This document shows positions 9,781-22,529 of a DNA stretch of 64,000 nucleotides, piece after piece. Position numbers and translations under genes: made by a program. Source of the stretch: an uncultured Actinomycetota bacterium (GTDB taxonomy: Bacteria; Actinomycetota; Actinomycetes; Actinomycetales; Dermatophilaceae); assembly GCA_963807825.1 (NCBI GenBank), contig CAWEDC010000015.1, positions 195,585 to 259,584 of the forward strand, written 5' to 3'. The stretch's first letter is position 1, and every line of letters begins with the position of its first letter. A model generated the notes under the pieces. The model was not told where the DNA came from, searched no databases, and saw only the letters and a program-made list of their open reading frames with translations.

Positions 9781-12090
9781 GTGACCACCACCCCGACGAA
9801 GGCAAGCCGGCCGAAGACCCGCCGCGCCTCCGCAGCGACCGCCGCCCGTTCCACCGAGATCGCCCGCCCCACGGCCCGCAAGGCAAAGTGGAACGATCTC
9901 GACGTCAAGGCCGTCGACACCGTGCGTGTCCTCGCCGCGGACGCCGTCCAGAAGGTCGGCAACGGTCACCCCGGCACGGCAATGAGCCTCGCGCCGGCGG
10001 CATACCTTCTCTTCCAGAACGTCATGACGCACGACCCGTCCGACCCGACGTGGCTCGGCCGTGACCGGTTCGTCCTCTCCTGTGGCCACTCGAGCCTCAC
10101 CCAGTACATCCAGCTCTACCTGTCGGGCTACGGCCTCGAGCTGAAGGACCTCAAGGCGCTGCGCACCTGGGGCTCGCTCACCCCGGGTCACCCCGAGGTC
10201 CACCACACCACCGGCGTCGAGATCACGACGGGCCCCCTCGGCTCCGGTCTCGCGTCCGCCGTCGGCATGGCCATGGCGCAGCGTCGCCAGCGCGGCCTCC
10301 TCGACCCCGACGCCAAGGCGGGCCAGAGCCCGTTCGACCACCACGTGTGGGTCATCGCCTCCGACGGCGACCTCATGGAAGGTGTGGCGTCCGAGGCCAG
10401 CTCGCTCGCCGGCCACCAGGAGCTCGGCAACCTCACGGTGATCTACGACGCCAACCAGATCTCCATCGAGGACGACACCGACATCTCGTTCTCCGAGGAC
10501 GTCGCCAAGCGCTACGAGGCCTACGGCTGGGAGGTCGCCGACGTCGACTGGCGCAAGAGCAACGACCCGGCCGGTTCGGCGGACTACGTCGAGGACGTCG
10601 ACGCCCTGCTCGACGCCCTCACCAAGAGCAAGAAGTCGTCCAAGCCGACGCTCGTGCGCCTGCACACCGTCATCGCCTGGCCCTCGCCCACCAAGAAGGG
10701 CACCGGCAAGTCGCACGGGTCCGCACTGGGTGACGAGGAGATCTCCGGCCTCAAGGAGCTGCTCGGCTTCGACCCCAAGAAGACCTTCGAGGTCGACAAG
10801 GCCGTGCTGGCGCACGCCCGCAAGGTCAAGGCCCGCGGCAAGGCCGCCCACAAGGCGTGGAACACGACGTATGCCGCGTGGCGCCGCAAGAACAAGGACG
10901 CCGCGACCCTGCTCGACCGCCTCGTCGCGGGCGACCTGCCCGAGGGTCTCGACGCCGCACTCCCGAGCTTCCCGGCCGACCCCAAGGGCATTGCGACCCG
11001 CGCAGCCTCGGGCAAGGTCCTCGGCGCGCTCGCGCCGATCATGCCGGAGCTGTGGGGCGGCTCGGCCGACCTCGCCGAGTCCAACAACACGACGATGGAG
11101 GGCGAGCCCTCCTTCATCCCGAAGTCGAAGCAGACCGACGCCTGGAAGGGCGGGCCCTACGGTCGCACCCTGCACTTCGGCATCCGTGAGAACGCCATGG
11201 GCATGATCCTCAACGGGATCGCCCTCGAGGGTCTGACCCGCCCCTACGGCGGCACCTTCCTCGTCTTCTCCGACTACATGCGTCCCGCCGTTCGCCTCGC
11301 AGCGATCCAGGGACTGCCGGTCACCTTCGTCTGGACCCACGACTCCATCGGTCTGGGCGAGGACGGCCCGACCCACCAGCCGATCGAGCACCTCGCGTCG
11401 CTGCGCGCCATGCCCGGCCTCGCCGTCGTGCGCCCTGCCGACGCCAACGAGACGGCTGCGGCGTGGGGCACGATCCTGCGCAACGCCGCACCGGCAGCCC
11501 TGGCCCTCAGCCGCCAGAACCTGCCGACGGTCGACCGCTCGACCCACGCCAAGGCGAGCAACGTCGCCAAGGGTGGCTACGTCCTCATCGACGGTGGCGC
11601 CGACGGCAAGCAGTCCCCCGAGGTCATCCTCGTCGCGACCGGCTCCGAGGTCGGCGTGGCTCTCGACGCGCGACTCGCTCTCGAGAAGTCCGGCGTCCGC
11701 ACGCGCGTCGTGTCGATGCCGTGCCGCGAGTGGTTCGACGACCAGACCAAGGCCTACCGCGACAAGGTGCTGCCGCCCGCGATCCGCGCGCGCGTCAGCG
11801 TCGAAGCCGGTGTGGCACAGGGCTGGCGAGAGATCGTCGGCGATGCCGGGCGCTCCATCAGCATCGAGCACTTCGGTGCTTCGGCTGATGCCAAGACGCT
11901 CTTCACCGAGTTCGGTTTCACCCCTGACGCTGTCGTCAAGGCGGCCAAGGACTCCCTCAAGGCGGCCGCGGCAGGTGCCGGCGTTGCTGGCGCCGTCGAG
12001 ACCGCACCGCGCCTCCGCAAGGACACCGGAACCGACGTGCCCACCACGAAGAAGCCTGCCCGCAAGAGCGCGGCCAAGGCTGGGAAGTGA
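9781..12090 (+). CDS. tkt: Transketolase
   Basis: GHPGTAMS, TGPLGSG, GDLMEG, THDSIGLGEDGPTHQP. Confidence 0.97.
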   Translation: MTTTPTKASRPKTRRASAATAARSTEIARPTARKAKWNDLDVKAVDTVRVLAADAVQKVGNGHPGTAMSLAPAAYLLFQNVMTHDPSDPTWLGRDRFVLSCGHSSLTQYIQLYLSGYGLELKDLKALRTWGSLTPGHPEVHHTTGVEITTGPLGSGLASAVGMAMAQRRQRGLLDPDAKAGQSPFDHHVWVIASDGDLMEGVASEASSLAGHQELGNLTVIYDANQISIEDDTDISFSEDVAKRYEAYGWEVADVDWRKSNDPAGSADYVEDVDALLDALTKSKKSSKPTLVRLHTVIAWPSPTKKGTGKSHGSALGDEEISGLKELLGFDPKKTFEVDKAVLAHARKVKARGKAAHKAWNTTYAAWRRKNKDAATLLDRLVAGDLPEGLDAALPSFPADPKGIATRAASGKVLGALAPIMPELWGGSADLAESNNTTMEGEPSFIPKSKQTDAWKGGPYGRTLHFGIRENAMGMILNGIALEGLTRPYGGTFLVFSDYMRPAVRLAAIQGLPVTFVWTHDSIGLGEDGPTHQPIEHLASLRAMPGLAVVRPADANETAAAWGTILRNAAPAALALSRQNLPTVDRSTHAKASNVAKGGYVLIDGGADGKQSPEVILVATGSEVGVALDARLALEKSGVRTRVVSMPCREWFDDQTKAYRDKVLPPAIRARVSVEAGVAQGWREIVGDAGRSISIEHFGASADAKTLFTEFGFTPDAVVKAAKDSLKAAAAGAGVAGAVETAPRLRKDTGTDVPTTKKPARKSAAKAGK

Positions 12091-12096
12091 GTTCTC

Positions 12097-13224
12097 ATGA
12101 CTGACAACACCGCCCTCAAGGCCCTCGCCGACAACGGCGTCTCCATCTGGCTCGATGACCTGAGCCGCGAACGGCTCACGTCGGGCAACCTCCAGGAGGT
12201 CATCGACACCAAGGGAGTCGTCGGCGTCACGACGAACCCGTCGATCTTCCAGGTCGCCCTCTCCGACGGTGAGAGCTACAGCGAGCAGGTCGCCCAGCTC
12301 GCCGCCGAGAACAAGACCCTCGACGAGGCCGTCACCGCGATGACGACCCAGGACGTCCGCGACGCCTGCGACGTCCTCCTCCCCGTCTTCGAGGCCAGCA
12401 ACGGCCTCGACGGTCGGGTCTCCATCGAGGTCGACCCGCGCCTCGCTGCACGAGACCGACACGACGGTCACGCAGGCCAAGGAGCTGTCGGCGACCTCGT
12501 CGACCGCCCCAACCTGCTCGTGAAGATCCCGGCGACGATCGAGGGTCTCCCCGCGATCACCAAGGTTCTCGCAGAGGGCATTTCGGTCAACGTCACGCTG
12601 ATCTTCAGCCTCGACCGCTACCGCGCTGTCATGAACGCCTTCCTCACCGGGCTCGAGCAGGCCCGTGAGGCCGGCAAGGACATCAGCAAGCTCGAGTCGG
12701 TCGCCTCGTTCTTCGTCTCGCGCGTCGACAGCGAGGTCGACAAGCGTCTCGACGCCATCGAGGGCGAGCACGCCGAGACCGCCAAGGGGCTCAAGGGCAA
12801 GGCCGCCATCGCCAACGCGCGACTGGCCTACCAGGCCTACGAAGAGGTCTTCTCGACCCCGCGCTGGAAGAACCTCGAGGCCGATGGAGGCAAGCCACAG
12901 CGTCCGCTGTGGGCGTCCACGGGAGTCAAGGACCCGGCATACCCCGACACCATGTATGTCACCGAGCTCGTCGCCCCCGGCACCGTCAACACGATGCCCG
13001 AGAAGACGCTCGACGCGGTCAAGGACCACGGCGAGATCACCGGCAACACGATCGAGGGCACCTACGAGGAGTCTGCTGAGGTCCTCGACGCGCTCGAACG
13101 TCTCGGCATCTCCTACTCCGAGGTCACCGCACTCCTGGAGAAGGAAGGCGTCGACAAGTTCGAGAAGTCGTGGGGAGAGCTGCTCGACGGCGTGCAGTCC
13201 GAGCTCGACAAGGCCTCTCGATGA
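12097..13224 (+). CDS. tal: Transaldolase
   Basis: [32 protein letters not shown]; a short stretch near 12450-12495 looks like compensating indels. Confidence 0.95.
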   Translation: MTDNTALKALADNGVSIWLDDLSRERLTSGNLQEVIDTKGVVGVTTNPSIFQVALSDGESYSEQVAQLAAENKTLDEAVTAMTTQDVRDACDVLLPVFEASNGLDGRVSIEVDPRLAARDRHDGHAGQGAVGDLVDRPNLLVKIPATIEGLPAITKVLAEGISVNVTLIFSLDRYRAVMNAFLTGLEQAREAGKDISKLESVASFFVSRVDSEVDKRLDAIEGEHAETAKGLKGKAAIANARLAYQAYEEVFSTPRWKNLEADGGKPQRPLWASTGVKDPAYPDTMYVTELVAPGTVNTMPEKTLDAVKDHGEITGNTIEGTYEESAEVLDALERLGISYSEVTALLEKEGVDKFEKSWGELLDGVQSELDKASR

Positions 13225-14957
13225 GCAGCCTCGAGATCACCGCCCGCGGCGCCGCCGCTGACGCGATCGCGACGCACGTCCCCCAGCTGGTCAAGGACGA
13301 GGTCGCGAGCAGGCTCTTCGCGAAGGACGCCACCCTGTGGGGCAAGGACGCCGAGGAAGAGGCCGGCAAGCGCCTCTCCTGGGTGGGCCTCCCCCGGTCA
13401 TCGCGTCCGCTGCTCGGCGAGATCGCCGCGCTGCGCGAGGAACTGCACGGTGAGGGCGTGTCCCGCATCGTCCTGTGCGGCATGGGCGGCTCCTCGCTCG
13501 CGCCCGAGGTCATCTGCGCCACCGCCGGTGTCGACATCGTCGTCCTCGACTCGTCGGCACCGGACGTCGTGCGTCGCGTCGTCGCCAAGGACCTCAAGAA
13601 GACGGCCGTCGTCGTCTCCTCGAAGTCGGGTGCGACCGTCGAGACCGACTCGCAGCGACGTGCGTTCGAGCAGGCGTTCACCGACGCCGGCATCGACGCC
13701 ACCCGCCGCATCATCGTCGTCACCGACCCGGGCAGCCCGCTCGACGGTGAGGCTCGCACGGCAGGCTTCCGCGTCATCAACGCCGACCCCGACGTGGGCG
13801 GGCGCTACTCCGCCCTGACCGCGTTCGGCCTCGTGCCCTCCGGTCTCGCCGGTGCCGACGTCGGCGCCCTCCTCGACGACGCCGAGGCCGTGGCCGACCT
13901 GCTCGCCGACGACGGCGAGGGCAACCCCGCGCTGCAACTGGGCGCCGCGATGGCCGGCACCAAGCCGTTGCGCGACAAGCTGGTCCTCGTCGACGCCGGA
14001 ACCGAGAACGTCGGCTTCGGTGCGTGGGCCGAGCAGCTCATCGCCGAGTCCACCGGCAAGAACGGCAGGGGCATCCTCCCGGTCGTCGCCGACGGTGAGG
14101 CCCCCAAGCACACGTATGCCGACGCCAACCTCGTGCGCCTCGTCGCCACGGGTGGCGACGACGACCTCGATGACACGGACGACGCTGACGACCCCACGAC
14201 CGATGCCGATGGCGCTCCTCGCCACCCCGACTCGATCGCCGCCGATCAGCCCGGCCCCGGCGATCCCCTCCCGGACGAGAATGTCGGCGACAGCGGCTCG
14301 GTCATCACCGTCGCCGGAACGCTCGGTGCGCAGCTCCTCCTCTGGGAGGTCGCCACCGCGGTCGCCGGCCGACTGCTCGACATCAACCCGTTCGACCAGC
14401 CCGACGTCGAGAGTGCCAAGAAGGCCGCACGCGGTCTTCTCGACCAGGCCGGATCCGCTGCCGAGGAGCCGGCGTTCGTCGACGGCTCCGTCGAGGTTCG
14501 CGCCCTGGGCGGTGACTGGCTCGGTGACGCAGCGACGCTGCCGGCCGCCGTGGCAGCCCTGCTCGGCCAGCTCGACGAGTCGAGCGGCTACGTCGCGGTC
14601 ATGGCCTACCTCGACCGTGAGCAGGACGCCGACCTCGAACACGTCGCCCGCACCCTGTTCGACCACACCGGCCGTCCGGTGACGTTCGGCTGGGGCCCCC
14701 GTTTCCTCCACTCCACCGGCCAGTACCACAAGGGTGGGCCCGCCAACGGAGTCTTCATCCAGGTCACGGCCACTCCCGAGGAGGACCTCGCCGTCCCCGG
14801 GCGCGAGTTCACCTTTGGTGAGTTCATCTCCGCCCAGGCCGGCGGCGACGCCCAAGTCCTGGCCGAACACGGCCGCCCTGTCCTCCGCCTCCACCTGACT
14901 GAGCACGGGCGCGGCCTGAGTCAGGTGCGGTCGGCCCTTTCCACATCAGGAGCCTGA
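13221..14957 (+). CDS. pgi: Glucose-6-phosphate isomerase
   Basis: [38 protein letters not shown]. Confidence 0.92.
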   Translation: MSSLEITARGAAADAIATHVPQLVKDEVASRLFAKDATLWGKDAEEEAGKRLSWVGLPRSSRPLLGEIAALREELHGEGVSRIVLCGMGGSSLAPEVICATAGVDIVVLDSSAPDVVRRVVAKDLKKTAVVVSSKSGATVETDSQRRAFEQAFTDAGIDATRRIIVVTDPGSPLDGEARTAGFRVINADPDVGGRYSALTAFGLVPSGLAGADVGALLDDAEAVADLLADDGEGNPALQLGAAMAGTKPLRDKLVLVDAGTENVGFGAWAEQLIAESTGKNGRGILPVVADGEAPKHTYADANLVRLVATGGDDDLDDTDDADDPTTDADGAPRHPDSIAADQPGPGDPLPDENVGDSGSVITVAGTLGAQLLLWEVATAVAGRLLDINPFDQPDVESAKKAARGLLDQAGSAAEEPAFVDGSVEVRALGGDWLGDAATLPAAVAALLGQLDESSGYVAVMAYLDREQDADLEHVARTLFDHTGRPVTFGWGPRFLHSTGQYHKGGPANGVFIQVTATPEEDLAVPGREFTFGEFISAQAGGDAQVLAEHGRPVLRLHLTEHGRGLSQVRSALSTSGA

Positions 14958-16501
14958 TGAGTCCGTCGCGCGTCACTGCCACCCACAACCCGCTCCGAGA
15001 TCCGCGCGACAAGAGGCTTCCCCGCATCGCGGGCCCCTGCAGCCTCGTGTTGTTCGGAGTGACCGGCGACCTCGCCACCAAGAAGCTCATGCCCGCGATC
15101 TACGACCTCGCCAACCGAGGTCTGCTCCCGCCGGGGTTCTCGCTCATCGGGTTCGCCCGCCGCGACTGGGCCGACCAGGACTTCGGCAAGATCGTCTACG
15201 AGTCGGTCAAGGAGCGTTCGCGCACTCCGTTCCGTGAGGACGTGTGGCGTTCGCTGAGCGAAGGCATTCGCTTCGTGCCGGGCACGTTCGATGACCCCAA
15301 GGCCTTCGACCTCCTCGCCGAGACCGTCCGCGAGCTCGACGAGAAGCGAGGCACCGGCGGCAACCATGCCTTCTACCTCTCGATCCCGCCGTCGTTCTTC
15401 GCGACGGTGTGTGAGCAGCTCAAGCGTTCGGGTCTGTCCACGGCTCCCGAAGGATCGTGGCGACGCGTCGTCATCGAGAAGCCGTTCGGTCACGACCTCA
15501 AGAGCGCCCGCGAACTCAACGAGATCGTGGCGGAGGTCTTTCCTGCGGACTCGGTCTTCCGGATCGACCACTACCTCGGCAAGGAGACCGTCCAGAACCT
15601 CCTGGCCCTGCGCTTCGCCAACCAGATGTTCGAGCCGGTCTGGAACAGCCACTACGTCGACCACGTCCAGATCACCATGGCCGAGGACATCGGCATCGGC
15701 GGACGAGCCGGCTACTACGACGGCATCGGCGCCGCGCGTGACGTCATCCAGAACCACCTCCTGCAGCTGCTCGCGCTCACGGCGATGGAGGAGCCGGTGT
15801 CCTTCGACGCCGACCACCTGCGCAGCGAGAAGGAGAAGGTCCTCTCCGCGGTTCGCCTTCCCAAGGACCTGACCAAGGGCACCGCCCGCGGCCAGTACGC
15901 CAAGGGCTGGCAGGGAGGCGAGGAGGTCATCTCCTACCTCAAGGAGGAGGGCGTCGGCGCACGATCCACGACCGAGACGTATGCCGCGGTCAAGCTCGAG
16001 ATCGACACCCGCCGTTGGGCGGGGGTCCCGTTCTACCTGCGGACCGGCAAGCGTCTGGGCAAGCGGGTCACCGAGATCGCCGTGGTCTTCAAGAAGGCGC
16101 CCCACCTGCCCTTCACCGACACCGCGACCGAGGAGCTCGGGCAGAACGCCGTCGTCATCCGGGTCCAGCCCGACGAGGGCGTGACGATGCGCTTCGGCGC
16201 CAAGGTCCCGGGCGCACAGATGGAGGTGCGCGACGTGACGATGGACTTCGGCTACGGCCGGGCCTTCACCGAGAGCTCCCCCGAGGCCTACGAACGCCTC
16301 ATCCTCGACGTGCTCCTCGGCGAGCCGCCGCTCTTCCCCCGGCACGAGGAGGTCGAGCTCTCGTGGGAGATCCTCGACCCGATCGAACAGTTCTGGGCCA
16401 AGACCAAGGGCGGCATCGACCAGTACGAGTCAGGCACCTGGGGTCCCCCGAGCGCTGACGAGCTCATGAGCCGTGACGGCCGCGAATGGAGGCTCCCGTG
16501 A
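14957..16501 (+). CDS. zwf: Glucose-6-phosphate 1-dehydrogenase
   Basis: GVTGDLA, RIDHYLGKE, FYLRTGKRL. Confidence 0.97.
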   Translation: MSPSRVTATHNPLRDPRDKRLPRIAGPCSLVLFGVTGDLATKKLMPAIYDLANRGLLPPGFSLIGFARRDWADQDFGKIVYESVKERSRTPFREDVWRSLSEGIRFVPGTFDDPKAFDLLAETVRELDEKRGTGGNHAFYLSIPPSFFATVCEQLKRSGLSTAPEGSWRRVVIEKPFGHDLKSARELNEIVAEVFPADSVFRIDHYLGKETVQNLLALRFANQMFEPVWNSHYVDHVQITMAEDIGIGGRAGYYDGIGAARDVIQNHLLQLLALTAMEEPVSFDADHLRSEKEKVLSAVRLPKDLTKGTARGQYAKGWQGGEEVISYLKEEGVGARSTTETYAAVKLEIDTRRWAGVPFYLRTGKRLGKRVTEIAVVFKKAPHLPFTDTATEELGQNAVVIRVQPDEGVTMRFGAKVPGAQMEVRDVTMDFGYGRAFTESSPEAYERLILDVLLGEPPLFPRHEEVELSWEILDPIEQFWAKTKGGIDQYESGTWGPPSADELMSRDGREWRLP

Positions 16502-16578
16502 ACACCCCACAAAGTTCGTCCACGCGGGACCCGCCGCTGCGCTCCTCCGATACTTCGCGGGGACCCGAAAAGCAGAAC

Positions 16579-17721
16579 ATGATCGTCGACCTGCCCAGCA
16601 CCACGACCGTGGACATCTCCAAGAAGCTGGTGCGACTGCGCTCCGAGACCGGCTCGATGGCGTTGACGCGTGTGCTCACCCTCGTGGTGGTCGTCGACGA
16701 GAACGACGCCGACGCCGCCATCGAAACCGCGAACGACGCCAGCCGTCAGCACCCCTGCCGGATCATCGTCGTGGTCATCGCCAACCGACGAGGCGCCACC
16801 CGACTCGACGGCCAGATCCGGATCGGCGGAGACGCGGGTGCGAGCGAGGTCGTGGTCCTCCGGCTGTTCGGTCCGCTCGCCTCCCACGGTCGTGCGGTTG
16901 TCACACCGCTCCTGCTGGCCGATGCCCCGATCGTGGCGTGGTGGCCCACCGAGGCCCCCAAGGACCCCGGAGCCGATCCGATCGGCGAGATGGCGCAGCG
17001 CCGGATCACCGACGTGTCCCGCTCCAAGGGCGCGCCGAGGGCACCGCTGGCCCGTCTCGCAGCGGCATACACCCCTGGTGACACGGATCTGGCCTGGTCC
17101 CGGATCACGCTGTGGCGAGCCCTGCTCACCGCAGCGCTCGACCAGGCGCCCTTCGAACCGGTCACCGCGGTGACGGTCACCGGCGGAACCGACTCCCCGT
17201 CCGCCACGCTGCTGGCCGGGTGGCTGTCCAAGCGACTGCGGTGCCCGGTCACCCTCGTCCCCTCACGCAAGGGCACCGGCATCATCAGTGTCCGACTCGA
17301 CCGACCCAGTGGGCCGCTCGATCTCGTCCGTCCCCAGAACGGCACCACGGCGACCATGTCGCAGGCCGGGCGTCCCGAGCGGACGATCGCGCTGCCTCCG
17401 CGCAGCGACGCCGAGTGCCTGGCCGACGAGCTGCGCCGGCTCGACCCCGATGAGGTCTACGCGGAGGCGCTGCGCCACGGACTCGACGGTGTCAGCCACA
17501 GCCGTCGGACCTCCACCGAGGCCCAGCGCAAGGGCATCACCCCATCGGTGGCCGAGTCACGCGAGGACGCCGCCCGCATCCGCCGCGAGTCCAAGGTCAG
17601 CGCCAGCTCGGCGATGATCGAGGCCCCCATGCCGGAGAAGGCGGACGACCCCCAGCAGGTCAAGAAGGCAGCTGCCGCCCAGCTCGACATGGCCCGAGCC
17701 AAGCGCAAGAAGTCATCCTGA
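16579..17721 (+). CDS. opcA: G6PD assembly/effector protein OpcA
   Basis: MIVDLPSTT, HPCRII, GDTDLAWSRIT, LRRLDPDEVY; directly after zwf. Confidence 0.92.
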   Translation: MIVDLPSTTTVDISKKLVRLRSETGSMALTRVLTLVVVVDENDADAAIETANDASRQHPCRIIVVVIANRRGATRLDGQIRIGGDAGASEVVVLRLFGPLASHGRAVVTPLLLADAPIVAWWPTEAPKDPGADPIGEMAQRRITDVSRSKGAPRAPLARLAAAYTPGDTDLAWSRITLWRALLTAALDQAPFEPVTAVTVTGGTDSPSATLLAGWLSKRLRCPVTLVPSRKGTGIISVRLDRPSGPLDLVRPQNGTTATMSQAGRPERTIALPPRSDAECLADELRRLDPDEVYAEALRHGLDGVSHSRRTSTEAQRKGITPSVAESREDAARIRRESKVSASSAMIEAPMPEKADDPQQVKKAAAAQLDMARAKRKKSS

Positions 17722-17734
17722 GAGGACCGACCTC

Positions 17735-18490
17735 ATGACCGGAGCCCACGAGATCAGCCAGGCGGATGGCGTCGACGTCGTCGTGCACCCCGGCAAGCAG
17801 GAGCTCAGCGACGCGATCGCGGCTCGACTCGTCACGGCCATTGCTGACGCCCAAGCAGCTCGGGGCGTCGCGCACGTCTCCCTGACCGGAGGCTCACTCG
17901 GGTCCGACCTCTGGGCGTCCGTGGTCGCCCTCCCCGCGCGGTCGGCCGTCGACTGGTCACGCGTCGAACTGTGGTGGGGCGACGAGCGCTACCTTCCCGC
18001 GGGCGACAAGGACCGCAACGACGTCCAGAACGACGCAGCCGGTCTGGCCTCGCTCCCCCTCGACCAGGCGCGCGTCCACCGGGTCCTTGGACCGGACGCC
18101 TCCGACAGTGCGGAAGCCAGCGCCACGGCATACGGAGAGCTCATGCGCGCCAATGGTGCGGGTGCCTTCGACGTGATGATCCTCGGCGTCGGACCCGACG
18201 GGCACATCGCCTCACTCTTCCCCGGACACCCGGCCCAACAGAGTGTCGACGCCATCGCGGTCGCCGTGCACGACTCCCCCAAGCCCCCGCCGGACCGGGT
18301 CAGCCTGACCTTCGAGGCCCTGCGACGGTCGCGCGAGGTGTGGTTCATCGTTGCTGGCGCAGACAAGGCCGAGGCCGTGGCCAACGGTGTCGCGGGAGCG
18401 GATCCCGCCGTGAACTCAGCCGCTCAGGTCAAGGGCGAGCAGCGCACCCTCTGGCTCATCGACGCGGACGCCGCAACCAACCTGCCCTGA
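17735..18490 (+). CDS. pgl: 6-phosphogluconolactonase
   Basis: LTGGS, WGDERY, GVGPDGHIASLFP, SPKPPPDRVSLT. Confidence 0.95.
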   Translation: MTGAHEISQADGVDVVVHPGKQELSDAIAARLVTAIADAQAARGVAHVSLTGGSLGSDLWASVVALPARSAVDWSRVELWWGDERYLPAGDKDRNDVQNDAAGLASLPLDQARVHRVLGPDASDSAEASATAYGELMRANGAGAFDVMILGVGPDGHIASLFPGHPAQQSVDAIAVAVHDSPKPPPDRVSLTFEALRRSREVWFIVAGADKAEAVANGVAGADPAVNSAAQVKGEQRTLWLIDADAATNLP

Positions 18491-18495
18491 AACGA

Positions 18496-18551
18496 CTTCG
18501 TGCCCTTCCCGGACCGCGAATTTCAGCGCGTTGTCCGGGAAGGGCACGAAG
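18496..18551. terminator. Bidirectional terminator/REP-like hairpin between convergent pgl and rbpA
   Basis: 19-bp perfect arms cttcgtgcccttcccggac / gtccgggaagggcacgaag. Confidence 0.75.
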
Positions 18552-18556
18552 ACGAA

Positions 18557-18913
18557 CTACTGGATGAGTCCGCGTTCGCGGAGCGATCCGAGCGCCTCGT
18601 CGAGGATCGCTTCGCCGTCCTTGTCGGAGCGACGCTCCTTCACGTAGGCCAGGTGCGTCTTGTAGGGCTCGACCTTGGTCGGGGCCGGAGGGTTGTCCTT
18701 GTCCTGACCGGCGGGCAGCCCACAACGGGGGCAGTCCCAGGTCACGGGGATCTCGAGATCCGGCTCCTGCGCGAAGCTCGGGCGGGTCTCATGCCCGTTG
18801 GAGCACCAGAACGACAGCTGGACCCTGGGAGCCGACTCGCCGCGCTCGGCCTCACCCATCGGGCCGGCGCCGACGCGGCTGCCGCGAATTGCGCTACCAC
18901 CAGACATCGACAT
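18557..18913 (-). CDS. rbpA: RNA polymerase-binding protein RbpA family
   Basis: AIRGSRVG, CSNGH, WDCPRCG, KTHLAYVKERRS. Confidence 0.88.
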   Translation of the reverse strand: MSMSGGSAIRGSRVGAGPMGEAERGESAPRVQLSFWCSNGHETRPSFAQEPDLEIPVTWDCPRCGLPAGQDKDNPPAPTKVEPYKTHLAYVKERRSDKDGEAILDEALGSLRERGLIQ

Positions 18914-18948
18914 CGCCTTCTCTCTCGTTCAGGGAGCGAAACTTCGGA

Positions 18949-19194
18949 TCAGGTTGCGAAACGGTCGAGGACGCCGAGACCGACGATGCTCACGAACCAC
19001 ACGACCGCCACGGCATACGTGATGCGGTCGAGGTTGCGCTCGGCGACAGAGGAGCCGCCGAGCGACGTCGACATGCCACCGCCGAACATGTCGGAGAGGC
19101 CGCCACCCTTGCCCTTGTGCAGCAGGATCAGAAGGGTGAGGAAGAGCCCACCAAGGACCAAGAGGACCTGGAGGCCGATTTTGACCGCTTCCAC
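18949..19194 (-). CDS. secG: Preprotein translocase subunit SecG
   Basis: LLHKGKGGGLSDMFGGG...ERNLDRIT; downstream of tpiA. Confidence 0.95.
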   Translation of the reverse strand: MEAVKIGLQVLLVLGGLFLTLLILLHKGKGGGLSDMFGGGMSTSLGGSSVAERNLDRITYAVAVVWFVSIVGLGVLDRFAT

Positions 19195-19214
19195 GGTGCT
19201 CCTTCGGTAGTTCT

Positions 19215-19242
19215 GTTGACTGTCTCGAGTTGACTGTCTCGA
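19215..19242. repeat. 14-bp perfect tandem duplication
   Basis: gttgactgtctcga x2. Confidence 0.85.
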
Positions 19243-19294
19243 CGCGTGCAGGCGTCGCCCGACGAGGGCGCGCCGCTACAGGATACCTGTCGCG

Positions 19295-20104
19295 TCAGCT
19301 CGTCTTGAGATGGTCGCGGTAGCGGCAGATCGACGCGAACTCCGCGGGGTCGATCGAGGCGCCTCCGACAAGGGCGCCGTCGACGTCGACCTGGCTCATG
19401 ATCGCCGCGACGTTGCCCGACTTCACCGAGCCGCCGTAGAGGATGCGGACGCGGTCGGCGAGGTCGCCGGAGTACAGCTCAGCCAGCGCGGTGCGGATGG
19501 CTGCGCACACTTCCTGGGCGTCCTCCGGGGTCGCCACCTCGCCCGTCCCGATGGCCCACACGGGCTCATAGGCAATGACGATGCTCGCGGCCTTGTCGGC
19601 GGGCAGGCCTTCGAGGCCTGCGCGCACCTGGCTGAGGACGTGCTCGACGTGGGTGCCCGCCTGGCGGATCTCGAGGCCCTCACCGACGCAGAAGATCGGT
19701 GTCAGACCGTGCTCGTATGCCGCAGCGACCTTGGCCTTCACGGTCTCGTCGGTCTCGCCGTGGTATTCACGACGCTCGCTGTGTCCGACCGCAACGTAGG
19801 TGCAGCCGAGCTTGGCGAGGAAGGCACCGCTGATCTCGCCCGTGTAGGCGCCGTTCTGGTGCTCGGAGAGATCCTGCGCGCCGTACTTGAGGTGCAGGCG
19901 ATCACCGTCGACGAGCGTCTGCACGCTGCGCAGGTCGGTGAACGGCGGCAGGACGGCGACCTCGACGGCGCCGTGGTCGTGCTTGGCGTCCTGGAGGGTC
20001 CAGTCGAGCTTCTGCACGAGGTGGGTCGCCTGGAGGTGGTCCAGGTTCATCTTCCAGTTGCCCGCCATGAGCGGGGTGCGCTGGGTCGTCGTCTTGGCAG
20101 CCAT
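19295..20104 (-). CDS. tpiA: Triosephosphate isomerase
   Basis: [29 protein letters not shown]. Confidence 0.97.
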   Translation of the reverse strand: MAAKTTTQRTPLMAGNWKMNLDHLQATHLVQKLDWTLQDAKHDHGAVEVAVLPPFTDLRSVQTLVDGDRLHLKYGAQDLSEHQNGAYTGEISGAFLAKLGCTYVAVGHSERREYHGETDETVKAKVAAAYEHGLTPIFCVGEGLEIRQAGTHVEHVLSQVRAGLEGLPADKAASIVIAYEPVWAIGTGEVATPEDAQEVCAAIRTALAELYSGDLADRVRILYGGSVKSGNVAAIMSQVDVDGALVGGASIDPAEFASICRYRDHLKTS

Positions 20105-20118
20105 GAGTGTGTGTCCGT

Positions 20119-21321
20119 TCAGGATTCGTCGAGAACAGCGAGCCCGGGGAGGTCCTTGCCCTCGAGGTATTCGAGGCTGGCACCGCCACCGGTGGAGATG
20201 TGTCCGAACTGGTCGTCGGTGAAGCCGAGCTGACGCACGGCGGCAGCCGAGTCGCCGCCACCGACGACGGTGAGAGCGCCGTCAGCCGTGATCTCGACGA
20301 GAGCCTTGGCCAGGGCGGCCGTGCCCGCTGCATAGGGTTCCATCTCGAACGCGCCCATGGGTCCGTTCCAGAAGACCGTGCGGCAGTCCGCGAGCTTCTG
20401 GGCGAACAGCTCCGAGGACTTCGGTCCGATGTCGAGCCCCATCCGGTCGGCGGGGATGGCGTCGATGGCCACGACCTCGTGATCGGCATCAGCCGAGAAG
20501 GCGGTGGCCGCAACGACGTCGACAGGAAGGACGATCTCGACGCCACGCTGCTGCGCCTGGTCGAGGTAGCCCTTGACTGCCTCGACCTGGTCCTGTTCGA
20601 GCAGGCTCTTGCCGACCTCGTGGCCCTGGGCCTTGAGGAAGGTGAAGACCATGCCGCCCCCGATGAGAAGACGGTCGGCGGTCTGGATGAGGTTGTCGAT
20701 GACCGCGAGCTTGTCGGACACCTTCGCGCCACCCAGCACCACGGCATACGGGCGTTCGGGTTCGGTCGTGAGGCGACGCAGCACGGCGACCTCGGTCTCG
20801 ACGAGACCACCGACAGCCGACGGAAGGAGGCGGGCGACGTCGAAGACGGACGCCTGCTCACGGTGGACGACGCCGAAGCCGTCCGAGACGAAAACGTCTG
20901 CGAGAGAGGCGAGCTGGCCCGCGAACTCGGCGCGGTCCTCGGCAGTCTTGCCCGTCTCCCCCGCGTTGAAGCGGAGGTTCTCGAGCAGGACGACATCGCC
21001 GTCCTGAGCTCCTGCCACGGCAGCCTTGGCGCTCTCACCGACGGTGTCGGTCGCGAAGGTCACCTCGCGGCCGAGCAGCTCACCGAGGCGAGCAGCGACG
21101 GGGGCCAAGGAGTACTTGTCCTCCGGCGCACCCTTGGGGCGCCCGAGGTGGGCGCTCACGATGACGCGAGCACCCGCCTCGGACAACGCCTTGATCGTGG
21201 GGACCGACGCGATGATGCGTCCGTCATCCGTGATCGTGGTGCCCTCGAGCGGAACGTTGAGGTCGGACCGGACGAGGACGCGCTTGCCCCGCAGGTCGCC
21301 CAGATCGGCGATCGACTTCAT
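20119..21321 (-). CDS. pgk: Phosphoglycerate kinase
   Basis: [40 protein letters not shown]. Confidence 0.97.
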   Translation of the reverse strand: MKSIADLGDLRGKRVLVRSDLNVPLEGTTITDDGRIIASVPTIKALSEAGARVIVSAHLGRPKGAPEDKYSLAPVAARLGELLGREVTFATDTVGESAKAAVAGAQDGDVVLLENLRFNAGETGKTAEDRAEFAGQLASLADVFVSDGFGVVHREQASVFDVARLLPSAVGGLVETEVAVLRRLTTEPERPYAVVLGGAKVSDKLAVIDNLIQTADRLLIGGGMVFTFLKAQGHEVGKSLLEQDQVEAVKGYLDQAQQRGVEIVLPVDVVAATAFSADADHEVVAIDAIPADRMGLDIGPKSSELFAQKLADCRTVFWNGPMGAFEMEPYAAGTAALAKALVEITADGALTVVGGGDSAAAVRQLGFTDDQFGHISTGGGASLEYLEGKDLPGLAVLDES

Positions 21322-21369
21322 GTCAGACAACTCCGTTGTTGGTGGTCAGCTCAGAGGGTCGGCTCAGGG

Positions 21370-22410
<1,041 letters not shown>

Positions 22411-22529
22411 TCAACCACGTCACCGGATACGAGCCCAAGCCTAGTGCTGTGACCCGGCTCACTCCCCGAGAGGTCCGCAGTACGGGCAGGTAACCCTCCC
22501 GCGAACGGACGCACCGGCCCGACCTCCGC

